NCBI RefSeq assembly: GCF_001186125.1
Contig: NW_014040474.1
Location: 43,727-98,084, forward strand
Direction of reading: 5' to 3'
Source of the DNA: Sphaeroforma arctica JP610
Lineage: Eukaryota
DNA length: 54,358 nucleotides
A program made the translations under genes and the position numbers. This document shows positions 32,414 through 43,500 of the stretch, piece after piece. The notes under the pieces were generated by a model. That model did no database searches. It saw nothing but the letters and a program-made list of their open reading frames with translations, and was not told the origin of the DNA. Position 1 is the stretch's first letter. Each line of letters starts with the position of its first letter.

Positions 32414-33139
32414 TTAAAATAACATCGTCTCCTCATCTTCACGCAACAGTTGTCTGGCCATGCGGTCCATCTGTATCAGCGCTGACCGCAGTCTCTCGTT
32501 CTCAATCTTGAGCTTCGAATTATTATCCATGAAAGTTGCAGATTCCTTGACCAGTGAATTGATGCGATCGTTCTTCTCCTGCAGCACGCTCTGATATACA
32601 CTATTACTGCTGTCACTCAGTATGGACGACGGCTGCACACTGGTGCCCTCGGGCAGAGACGGTGCCTCGGCAGGCAAAGGAACGGGGTTGGTCTGGGAAC
32701 GCTGCCCAGCGCCAGCACGCTTGGGTGGGGAGTTCATGAGCGTCTCGCTCATTTGTGTGTCACCGATGTAGAGGTAGTACAGACGCTCTTCTTCGAACGA
32801 CATGGGGAGCTCGCCTTTAAGCACCTTCTTGTACTTGCTTACCACGTGAAGCTGCTCGGGCTTGAAGTGGCGGTGGCACACGCGCAGTTCTTTTATCAAA
32901 TCCTCTTCCTACATTAATTATGGTTGCGTCTAAGATGAATTCATTAAGTAAGTCCAGAAAAATCTGGTGGATCCTCGAGTACAATTCAGATAGTAACTCT
33001 AAGCACTAAGTAGTAAACATACCGTGTAATTCGGATTGATTTTTTCCAGCCATTGCTTACGAATTTCCTCCTTCTTTGGCACTTGCACGGCTCTGTTCTC
33101 CTTAGTGCTTTTTGCCTTGCACCAAACTGCGCTGCACAT
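32414..33139 (-). CDS. THAP zinc-finger + coiled-coil protein A, ~203 aa
   Basis: Exons 33139-33023 (MCSAVWCKAK..VPKKEEIRKQWLEKI) and 32908-32414 (ELRVCHRHFKPEQ..LKGELP). The C2CH THAP signature with conserved P, W, F and P is present. The C-terminus has a heptad coil (LQEKNDRINSL..KLKIENERLR). Confidence 0.85.
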
Positions 33140-34270
33140 GCTGGACGATGTATTATTGAAGATCAAGTCCGAAGCTAAAGTTCTCAATTTTATGTTCGAA
33201 TGAAGCTAATATTTTCAACGTATTGTACTCTTCTGTGATCGCCTGCCTCTAATAGGAATTTTCGCTACTAATCAGTACTTGATGAAAAAAGTTGAACACA
33301 ATGTGGATATGATACTATGACCAGCTGCTGGTTCACTTCCTTTTCTAATTTGCTGCTGATATAGTTTGCAGCAGTACGAGTAGTGTTCGAAGTGATTATG
33401 CGATGTACTTTGTTTTATATGAAATATATGTATGACACTGTAGTTCACTTTGCCGAATGATCTCAATTTTATGTGCTTGGCTCAAATATCCATCCCGAAT
33501 CATCGCAAGCACTGTCCCAGAAACCGGAAACTTCACACAAAATGGGAAATCAGCATTTCAAAACCTCGTCAGTTGGCGAACTCCAATATAAACGTCTAAA
33601 AATAGATTTTTCTATCTTTCGTCATTTTTTGAGCTCACTTTGAAATATTTCTGAGCTAATTTTAGATTTACCTACCAGATTCCCAACGGTTCCTGCTTCA
33701 GCACGTACTGGAACGCTTTCAGTAATTTATACATAAAAACTATTTTTGGGAGATATTTCTGAAAATAACGAAATTTCGAAATTTCGAGCCAACTCAAGCC
33801 TTAGAAATCGTATGCATCAGAGCGAATTCACAAACTGAAGAACACAACTGAAAATCATATAATAAGAAGCAAACCCGATAATATCAATCCTGATTCACAC
33901 TTTTTAGCATTCAAAACGCATCACAAATAGTGAAATTGATTATCAGAACGATTAGATTGCTTTTCCGGCGTTTTGAACTAACTGACACTGACAAGAAGAG
34001 CTTTCACAAGGGCAAGGGCCACATTGTATACATATAAACCCTTGAGCAACAAACACACCTTCGTACTAGGAGGCTATAGCGTGGTGAGGGTTGGCACGAT
34101 TGATGCGCTTAGGTGACATATCTTCAAAATCAAATAAGACTATTTTGAAACTGTGCGATTGCAATTAGTGTGCACTGTTCAGTGAACTGCGATCTTCGTT
34201 GACATTCACTGTTATAGGTTGGAAAATATCGACTGGTCGATTGTGGTCGATTGCCTTATAATATACCATC

Positions 34271-35760
34271 ATGTGCGGTGCGGTGTGGTGTAAGGCCACC
34301 GCGAAGAAGGACAACCCTGCTGTACACGTGCCCAAGAAGCTGGAGCTCAGAAGAGAGTGGCTGGAACTCATTCGCCCCAACTACTCGGTAGGTGGACTGC
34401 CAATAAGTTGGTGAAGAAATTGCTGTGCATGACTGTTTTGATGGGCTCCCGTTTCTCTATAGGCGGATTGTGCGTTTACCACGTGCTAGTAGTTTAATAG
34501 TACGACTTACAAATGACTTGTTGTAAGCGTGACCGTTTTATAGTATCAGACTTGATTGGTGAGCATGTTAGGTTCCGCAGTGCTAGTTCGTTAAATCCCA
34601 GTCATATAAATCTTTCGCACTAAAGAGCAGTCGTTTTGGGGGCAGTTATGTCAGCGCGTCCGTGACACCAAACTTTCGTTGATCTGATCATTATTATTCA
34701 GGAACATGACCTCACACGGGAATTGCGAGTCTGTCACAAGCATTTCAAGCCGGAGCAATTCCACCAGGTCAACAAGTACACCAAGCTGCTCAAGGGAGAG
34801 CTACCCATGACTTTTGAGGAGGAGTGCACATACTACGATATATCCGACGAAGAAGTGCGCCAGCGAGTGGCTACAGGAAGGAAGCGCAACCGCAGGCGAG
34901 AGGAGGAAGGCGAGGTTTCTATTGGGACGGGAAGGGGTATACTGGCACTGGCTGCAAGTGCGGCTGAGCTGGAGACGGGCTCTGGAGCCACCGAAGGCAT
35001 GGTCCGTGGGGTGTTGGAAGAGAAGAACAATCGCATCACGAGTCTATTAACGGAGGTCGGTGTGCATGCGGAGACGAATACGAAGCTGAGGATAGAGAAT
35101 GAGCGGCTGAGACAGGCCGTGAAGCAAGTTAAGACGTCCATTAGGCAGGTTATCAAGGAGTCTTTGCCCCCGCCTCCACAGCCCGTACCACCACCCGTAC
35201 CACCACCCGTACTACGCCAGCCAGCGAACAACATGCTGCCGAGTGCCGTGTCACCGCCACACGCAGCGCAGAATATGGCCACTCACCATGTCGAGGGAGC
35301 CGAGGGGATGGATGTTGCAGGTGACAATGGGGGGGCTATGGATACGGACGAGCTCAATGACGGTGTGCACCATGCTCAGCAGGAACAACAGCAGCAACTG
35401 CAGATACAAAACCAGGAACAGCAGGCGCAGGTGCAACAACAACAGGTACACGAGCAGGAACAAGCTCAACAGCAACAGGCCCAACAGCAGCAGGCGCAGG
35501 TGCAATACGAGGTGCCGCATATCAATCAGCACGATCCCATGGAGGTACACCAAGTGAATAATACGACTGCTGCGGTGGCGGCAGTGGTGGCTGCCGCGCA
35601 GATGGCTGCAGAGCAACAGCAGCAGCAACAAGTACACCAACCGCAGGCCCAGCAGCAGCCGCAACAACAACCACAGCAGCATGGTATGCTTGCCACCCCG
35701 CCGGTAGTTGACGTGTCAGTCGCGGTCCAGCCTGCGGATGGGTCCGCCATGTCGCAGTAG
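34271..35760 (+). CDS. THAP zinc-finger + coiled-coil + Pro/Gln-rich protein B, ~391 aa
   Basis: Exons 34271-34387 (MCGAVWCKAT..VPKKLELRREWLELI) and 34702-35760 (ELRVCHKHFKPEQF..LKGELP). Also seen: a basic NLS-like RKRNRRR, the coil LEEKNNRITSL..KLRIENERLR, and polyP and polyQ tails. The intron position matches paralog A. Confidence 0.88.
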
Positions 35761-35924
35761 TTGTATTATGTTGGTATGAAAGACAAACAGGTAGTGTACC
35801 TGTTCTTTATCACATACGAACACTTCGAATATACTGTTATTTTACACAATGTGAACTGTCCGGTTCAATTGTGTATTGTTGAACATTTAGCCTGGATACA
35901 CTTTTTTTTGTAGTCGTCAATGTA

Positions 35925-36210
35925 CATGGTAAAAGACGCGCGGAGTGCTGAGGGGACATTTGACAGCCGGGTGTGCATCGAGGATATACAGCGCACACAA
36001 CCATCGTAGATATCCATCCTTCAGCTCTCCAGATCGGCGAGTTAAGACACCGCGCTTGGAATGCTAGTCAAAATCGCAAATACTATATATGTCCCAGCTC
36101 ACCCGCTCTTCCTCGCCATACCAATCGAAGCCTTTGGACTCTTTTCCCGTAGTATGGTACACGCGTGCGCACCTGTCGGTGCAAAGTCCAACGTGACAAA
36201 CGCGAGATAA
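35925..36210 (+). mobile_element. Possible decayed 3' end of a non-LTR retrotransposon with restriction-like endonuclease
   Basis: The frameshifted reading TTIVDIHPSALQIGELRHRAWNASQNRKYY / LFLAIPIEAFG resembles the D-T-V..K..KY..F.P.A.E..G pattern of CRE/R2-group REL domains. This is by eye only. Confidence 0.2.
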
Positions 36211-37532
36211 TGCTGTAGGTGTATAAGTAGCTTGTATAGCCCGAGACTACTGAATCTTCAACCGGTATATGGCAGCGCTCCGATTTGTTACCGCGTACTT
36301 CGGGCGTGGATCAAATCTTAGAACTAGTATGCGAAGTGGTCGGTCTGTGGGTCAGAGAAGTGGCAAAGTCGGAGGCCCCTCCCAGACTGAGATAAATACC
36401 AAAGTCTTAGAAGACGCAAGGAGTTGAACGAGGCGTGGTACATGTCGCGTGGTTGAGGTGTCCGGTGCAACGTTTTTAGAGGCTATCTTGGACGGCGTTC
36501 GCCGTTAGGTGGTGCATCAGCAGGAGCCTGAGTTGAATTTTGGTGCAAGGAGTAAACGCGTACTTTTCATGAGCTACCTCTTGACTTGGAAACAATGTCA
36601 TCATCTGCGATGTTTGTGGGTGAAGTCTATTGGCCGGACACTCGGGAGAGACACACGTTAACTGTGATGCCAATACCAAGATAACACCACGTTCAATGCC
36701 CAGGCATCCTTGAGAAAGACATAGGTCGAAGCATGTATGGCCAAGGCTCTTAATATATGACGCTGGGTTTTATGAGCGGATTATAGTGAGTGTCTCATCA
36801 ATGCATACAAAGCCATCTGTTGGTTGTCACAGCTTGGCTGGTTTGTATATTTCTGTAGTATGTACACCCCCATGGTGCGTGCATGGCTGCGGCGAATCAG
36901 TTAATATCATAACATAAATGCTCCTGGGAGCGAATATTGATTATCGAACTGAGACAAACAAGATTATGATCCTGGAGACGTATGCGTTGCGATCAAGGTC
37001 ACTGTGTGTGTGCACGTACGTCAGGAAAAAAACATGTTGATATACATATATTTATTTATTTTGTGAATATATATATTGTATATTCATCTGTGTCTATTTT
37101 GGTGATCATGTAAACATGTTGATGTACATGTATTTATTTATTTTGTGTATATACATATATGTATGTTTTGGTGATTATGTCTCGCATGTAGATCTCGGCT
37201 TCCTGCTAACTTGCAGATTGCAAGCGTATGATTCTGAGATTTTTGGACAGAAAAATAGGAACCTTCCATCCTATTTACTATACTCGAGACGTTATGTGCA
37301 CCTGTTTTGAGGATTAGTACCGCATCCTTTGTGTTCACTCCTACATTTAGTTTGTCTGACACTCATGTCGAAATTTGGCTGAGGCCGATATGGTGTTGTA
37401 TCGATGTACGATTCCATAGACACTCAGCCTTCTACAAAATTGCAAACATTTGCCTATGCCCTTCTCACGTAGCACCGAGTATATTTATGGTTTTCTTGCA
37501 TCTAACAATTTCCACCAGGAATTGTTAGGACA

Positions 37533-40500
37533 CTATTTATTGACCATGTCTGTGTCCGGATCCTGCATGTGTTCGCTTGGGTCGTACACTGAGTTGAAAA
37601 CTCCCGTGTCGTATATGTAATAGGTCTCGCAATCGCGCTTCCATGAGATACCGCGTCTATTTATATCTTTTGTCGGGGTGGGCTGATCACTCATGCCGGC
37701 CTCTGCCCGCCGCCGCCAACTATTTTCACGTCGCTCTTTGATCTCTCGCTCTTTGCATAGTCTGGGAAGTAGGGAAGATAAGTAAAACTGTTGACATAAA
37801 TAGGCCCAAGTGGCTGACCCAATATATGTAGGCGTCAGTAGGGAATCTGCTTCAGGGCTCCACCACCCATCTGCATTCACATACCTTCTCATGGCAGCGG
37901 AACACATCAAAAACAAAAACGTGCGATGCTCAGTGTCTATGGTGAATCAATCGAGCAACACTCGAATAGGGATGTCTGTACCAGGTCAAGGTTTATACCA
38001 ACAAAACATACCGTAACTGCTCGTTCCGCCTCCGCCGGCGGTCTCTCTTTTGCGCAGGTGTGCTGGGCAGCAACGGCTCATCGACACCTTCCTCCCACAC
38101 AGGCAAGTGATCTGCACTAGCCTTCGCATCGTGGCCGGGTACGGACATGGACTTCCCATTAGTCGCAGCTACTAGTACGACAGCAGCTTTCACAGGCGGC
38201 GGTGAGACCATCTTACCATCGACAGTGGGCGCTACAAATGCCACGATTGGGCATTTTATACCTACAACGGGTACCTGACCAGCCAACTCGCCACCCACAC
38301 CTTCTACTGCAATTGTATCGCATCCACCCAACACCTCACTCGGGCTGGCAGTGTCAGCCGCCTGGTCTATCCCACTCACACTATGATCTCCCTGAAGACT
38401 GCCAGTCCCCCCCGTCTTACGATCCATTTCCTTCTTGCGGGTATCTTTTGTGCTTGACACCTCCCTCGTCTTCACAGGCTTCCTGGTCGTCTTGCGTCGA
38501 GCAGACCCTCTCAGCTGACCAAATGGCCTGGAATCGGACTTAGAGGCCCCACTGATCGAACAAGTCGCCGGCGCTGTTTCTGTTGCGGGCTTCAATGCCA
38601 GCTTCTCAAGTTTGAAAGCTTTATCTTCCGTGATATCTATACCTGTTTTCTTTCTAGTCGATTCCCTGGGCCTCCGCCGTTTCCCACTGGTACTGCGCGA
38701 GCCTGATACGAGTTCACGTCCACGTTGCCTGGCCGACGCGAGTAGTGCGCCCGACAGAGTCGACGGTGGCGATCCCGCAGTTTTATGCACATCAGTAGTC
38801 ATCTTAGAAGATTGCTCAGTATTGGCGGGCATGACTGCCCTGTCATCAAGTTGACTGGGTGATGCTGCACCGACACTGCTAATGACATCCGTACCTTCAG
38901 TAGTCGAGCTCGCAACACCCTTCACTTGGTCCCTCAGCTGCCTCGTCCGCCCCCCTCCTCTGGCCTGGTTGCAGCCAGAAGTGCCTGTCACTCGATAAGG
39001 CTCTGAGCGAGACACGTGTGTTGCAACGCGTTCTGTAGCTGTGCTTCGCTGAGAACCGCTTAGAACGCGCGGTTTCTCGCGTACTACGCTAAGTGCCTCC
39101 ACAGGTGAAGTGATTATTCCTTCTACCGTGACAGTTGTGGACTCCGCGGACTTATGTCCCTCGACCGCAACGTCGGCCGATAGCAGGTGGTGCCTTCGTG
39201 ACTTACGTACCATTTTTATACACTTCTCTGGCTGTGTGGTAACCTTGATAGGAATACGGGGTACATCCGGATCAGTATTCGGTAAAGGTATTGATTTCCA
39301 AACTCCTTTCTCCAGTTGCGAATTGGCCGTGTGGGGAATACTACATATTTCTTGGGCAGACCACGCCGCACTGGTGACAGTATGAGTGGTGGTGACGGAC
39401 GCCGGTGAACTCATAGCCAATGCGTGTCCTCGCTCGGTAGTGGATGCTGCAGTACTGATAGTCCGGTATGATTTTCTATGTAAATTGAGTTTTGGGTTTC
39501 CTTTTCCGTGCGTCGATGCCGGTGGCGGGGCTGCCTTGCACTCGAACTCAGTCAATAATGACGGGATGGGCTGCGATGCTTGCGAGGTGACTCTGCTACT
39601 TCCCTGTACTAGCCCACTTGTACCACTCGGCCGCATAAGGCGGCAATCTGTAGTGTCCTTTGACGGAGCCAAGGTTTCAAGCTGGGTCGAAGATGCGGTA
39701 CTTGCCTTACCGTCAGCGTTCCGGCTGGTTGTACTGTGAGATAGCTTGGCCAGAAGTACTCTGGACAACGATGCGGGGGAGAGTGACACTGCCACTGAAT
39801 CGGGAGGTGATTCCGGCAATGGTTTTGGATCTACTCTGGCACTTGATATATCTTCAAGCACAGACACAGAAGTTTGCCCTAGGGTAGTTGCTGTGGTGTT
39901 AGTATCCTGGGTTTTTGAGAATGTGCATGGTCTTGAGCGCTGATCAGATTTTGTCGTATGTAGATATAGTGATGTTGATTCCGTCCAAAGCTCAGCGTTG
40001 CGAGAACGTTTCCCTCCACTAGTTGTATGGCCAGCGTCTGATCCAGTGGAACCCAGCTTTCGTTTTAGTGAGCATCCCATCAGGGTTCTCCGCGGCCGTG
40101 ACTTAGTGGGTACTGACACCTTAGTTAACAGCTTGTCGCATGCACTGTTGACCGTACATAGTGATGAAGGTACAGAAGGTGGGAAGCGTGAGCGTGATGC
40201 AGCTGATTGTCTCTCGGTAGGTAGGCAAGGGAGTGTCGTCTGAGTTTCTACTGCGCGCGGGCTCATAATTTTGCTTTTGTCGCGACTGCCCGGCACCGAG
40301 TCGGATGGTAGTGTTTGTATACTATCTGCGCTTATGTCTGTAATGATGTGCTTGCTGCGGCTGGGTACAGCCTTGACAAAGGATAGCTTTGACTGCTTCA
40401 CATGGCCCGTTGGAAGGCCCAACAAGCAAGCCAATCGCTTAGTCGCAGTACTGTAGGGGTTCACCTTGCGTGATACGTGGAGTTTGTGGCCTGTACTGCT

Positions 40501-43500
40501 ATGCTTTAGGCTGGTATCAAGACTGTGCTGTTCCTGATCAGCGTTGTATTTGCAGTGCACACACTTAGAACGACTCTTGCAGCCAGTCGTACAGGTGCTA
40601 CTGCGAGTCTCCCCGTCACCACGTGTCCTACTAATTGCCCCAGGCGCTCTGCGCTTGCTGCTGCCACCACCACGGACCTTGCCGCGGTGCTTGTGGTCGA
40701 TCCGATTGGCTTTGCCAGATTTTTGGGCCTTTTCGGACCTATTCGACTCATCGGACCTATCCGACCCGTCCGATTGATCAGACAATTTGGACTTGTCGAA
40801 AACACACAGGGATTCCCCTTTCCTGCTCTCATCCTCGCGGACAGTCTCGCTGCCCGTGCGCGTGTTCTTCTTCTCCTTCTCCTTTCTCGAAGTATGTTTC
40901 CTCGCCAGTCCCTTGCTTGGGTCGCTTGGTTTCCGGCTGATACCCTTGGCCTTGCAACCACGGCCACTGCCATTGTCAGTAACTCTGGCAACTGACCCGT
41001 CCCTATTCCTTTTTCCTTTGCGAACAGCATCGCCATCCGCGCTACTGCTCTTTCGTTGGTCAGCAATCACACGTGCGGTATTCACCGCCACTGTAGCCTC
41101 GCTGTCTATAGCATTCTGATGCTCTCCTTCGGCATTCTGGTGTGATGGGGACTGGTCTCCAGACTCCGATGGAGTGTCTCTTAGTGTCTCACTACATAGT
41201 TGCTGTGCCCCTATCTCCACTTTGACCCCGGCCACTCCTCTACCAACCGCACGCTGTACAACACCACCTGGCTGCTGCGAAGAGGTTGCACATATACGCT
41301 CCGTTGGGCACTTCTGTGGTGATGCACACAAGGCCTGGTATTCGTGGTCCCCCCGCACGTGCTTCGTGTGAGGCTCTGCATATTTATCTGTATCTATTGT
41401 AGCACAAGTATCCTCTGGTAAGCGGGTCTTGGCAACCATTGTTTTGACCATACCTAAACGTCCCGTAGGTTGTGTCGCTCGGTCCAATAGCCTATCCCCT
41501 GGTCTTGCCGGTGGGCTCATGACTTGTTGACTGCGTACGCTATTATGGACACTGACCTGTGTTGGGTTCGCACCCACACACCCGCCCGTGTCTGAGACTG
41601 TGTGCACGCCTCCAGCGACAAGGGCGAGTGTTGGGGTTTCTGCATTTGTTTCGGCTCCCTCTGCGACGTTGCTCGGCCCACCGTTGGATCCGATAATGCA
41701 CGCGTGAGGTCTGCGTACCGATAGCCTCCGGCGCACAGACTTAGCCAACTGCTCGGGGCCAGGCCTGTCGCTCTCTGCAGGCACAGTATCGTGAAGACTC
41801 TCTCCGCACGAAACAGTTGCTGTTGCAGTGCATGTGTAGAGTGGTATGGGTGACATCAAATTGTCTGAATCGCTGTGTGTTCCCATCTGGTGTGCGTTGC
41901 TGCCTGACTCCAGCGCAGCCGCCCCTTCTCTCGCCGGCCTATCAAAGCTTGATTCCAAATCCAAGGACAAATTCAAATCCAGAGGCGAATGAGACCGCTT
42001 GAATGGGGAGCGCGCGCATAACACTTTCTCTGCTGGCCCGCTTATTGGATGGGATACGACTCTATTTGCAGCGCAACGGTAGTTGAAGGGTCTCTCGTTC
42101 GACAGGGTGTTTGGTGTCGATGCATCACTGTTATTCCTGCCATAGGACGGGGTAGAGGTAGTGATATGATGAGCTGTCTGTGTGCCGGTCACCACACCAG
42201 CGCGTTCGCCTGTGTCTACATGTACGCAGCTAACTACCGCTTCAGTAGTATCTGTCGACGGTGACGGCAGATAGGCTTCATTTGCACGGATCTCCGAAGA
42301 GTCAATATATTCGGACGTCACGTTCTGTGCCAGATCACAGCGCTGCTCATCCGGACTCTCCACTAAATGACCCATACTCCCTTTCACCTCCGCACTCATT
42401 GTCGAGCTCACAACCTTCGTCGAGTTGCTACTGTGCTTGGGACTATACCTCTCTCTACGACCACGTAGCTTGGTGCCAGTCGCTTTAGCCGGCCCTCGGG
42501 TAAGTCTCAGTCGCCCTCGCGGTGCATGCACGGCCTCGGCGTCCGTTGTACCACTACCAGGCCCCAAGTGTGCATCTCCAGGTCCTAGTACTGAGCCAAT
42601 GTCTTCGGACATGTGGTCAGAGTCTGTATCCCGGTCGACTCTCTGTGCGATTTCTTGCACCACTGTTGGTATCGCCTTCAGCCGTCCATCGTTATCGGCC
42701 AAGTGAGACACTTCTTCAATCCGCGCAGCTGTCTCTACGTCGCGTAATGCACTCTGCAGTACCGCTCTAGGTAGATCTGTTAACCCACCTCTCGAGGGCG
42801 CGACTTCCGTCTGACTATTGTCAGGGCTATGTGCAGTATCGGCTATTGCGGACGAAGGCTCTTCATTGAGTTTCGGTCTGTCTAATCCCACACACTTCTG
42901 TGGCGCTGCATTAGCTTCTCCTTCAGCACGCGATATGTACTGTGTAGTCATACTGGTCATGCCTACGCCAATGGGTGGGCTGGGTGGTTTCACCTGCTCG
43001 TTGGATTTCCTCATCAACTTCAATGTTCGTCCGCGTCTGTGGTGTTCAGGGCGCCCCCGTCGCTGGCCTCCTTCCTTCCGCGTCGTTTCCACCTGTCGTT
43101 TATTACTTTTTTGTCGTTTAATACTTCTTTCTCGTTTAATACTTCCTTGTAGTTTATTGGGTCCTTGTCGTGTATACTTTATTTGCTGTTTGTCACTCCC
43201 GTGTGGTTGCTCGTTCTCCTGTCCATCAATATGTACCGATCGTTTCTCTATAGCAACTAAACCATCACCCTCCTCCAGCTCATCCCATTCTTGCTGCGAG
43301 TGTCCATTCCGAGTGTGAGCTTTCTCAGTCTCTGGTGACCTTGTTCCTGTTTGTGAACACTCGGTAACATCTCGCCTGCCCCCGTCGCTATCCAGTCTTC
43401 TGCCCCAGCTCTGGTCAAGCACGGCCTCATCACCAGACAGCCCTATCATTGCCGTAGCTGATACTTCCTTCTGCTGCACAACGGCTACCCCGCCCACATC

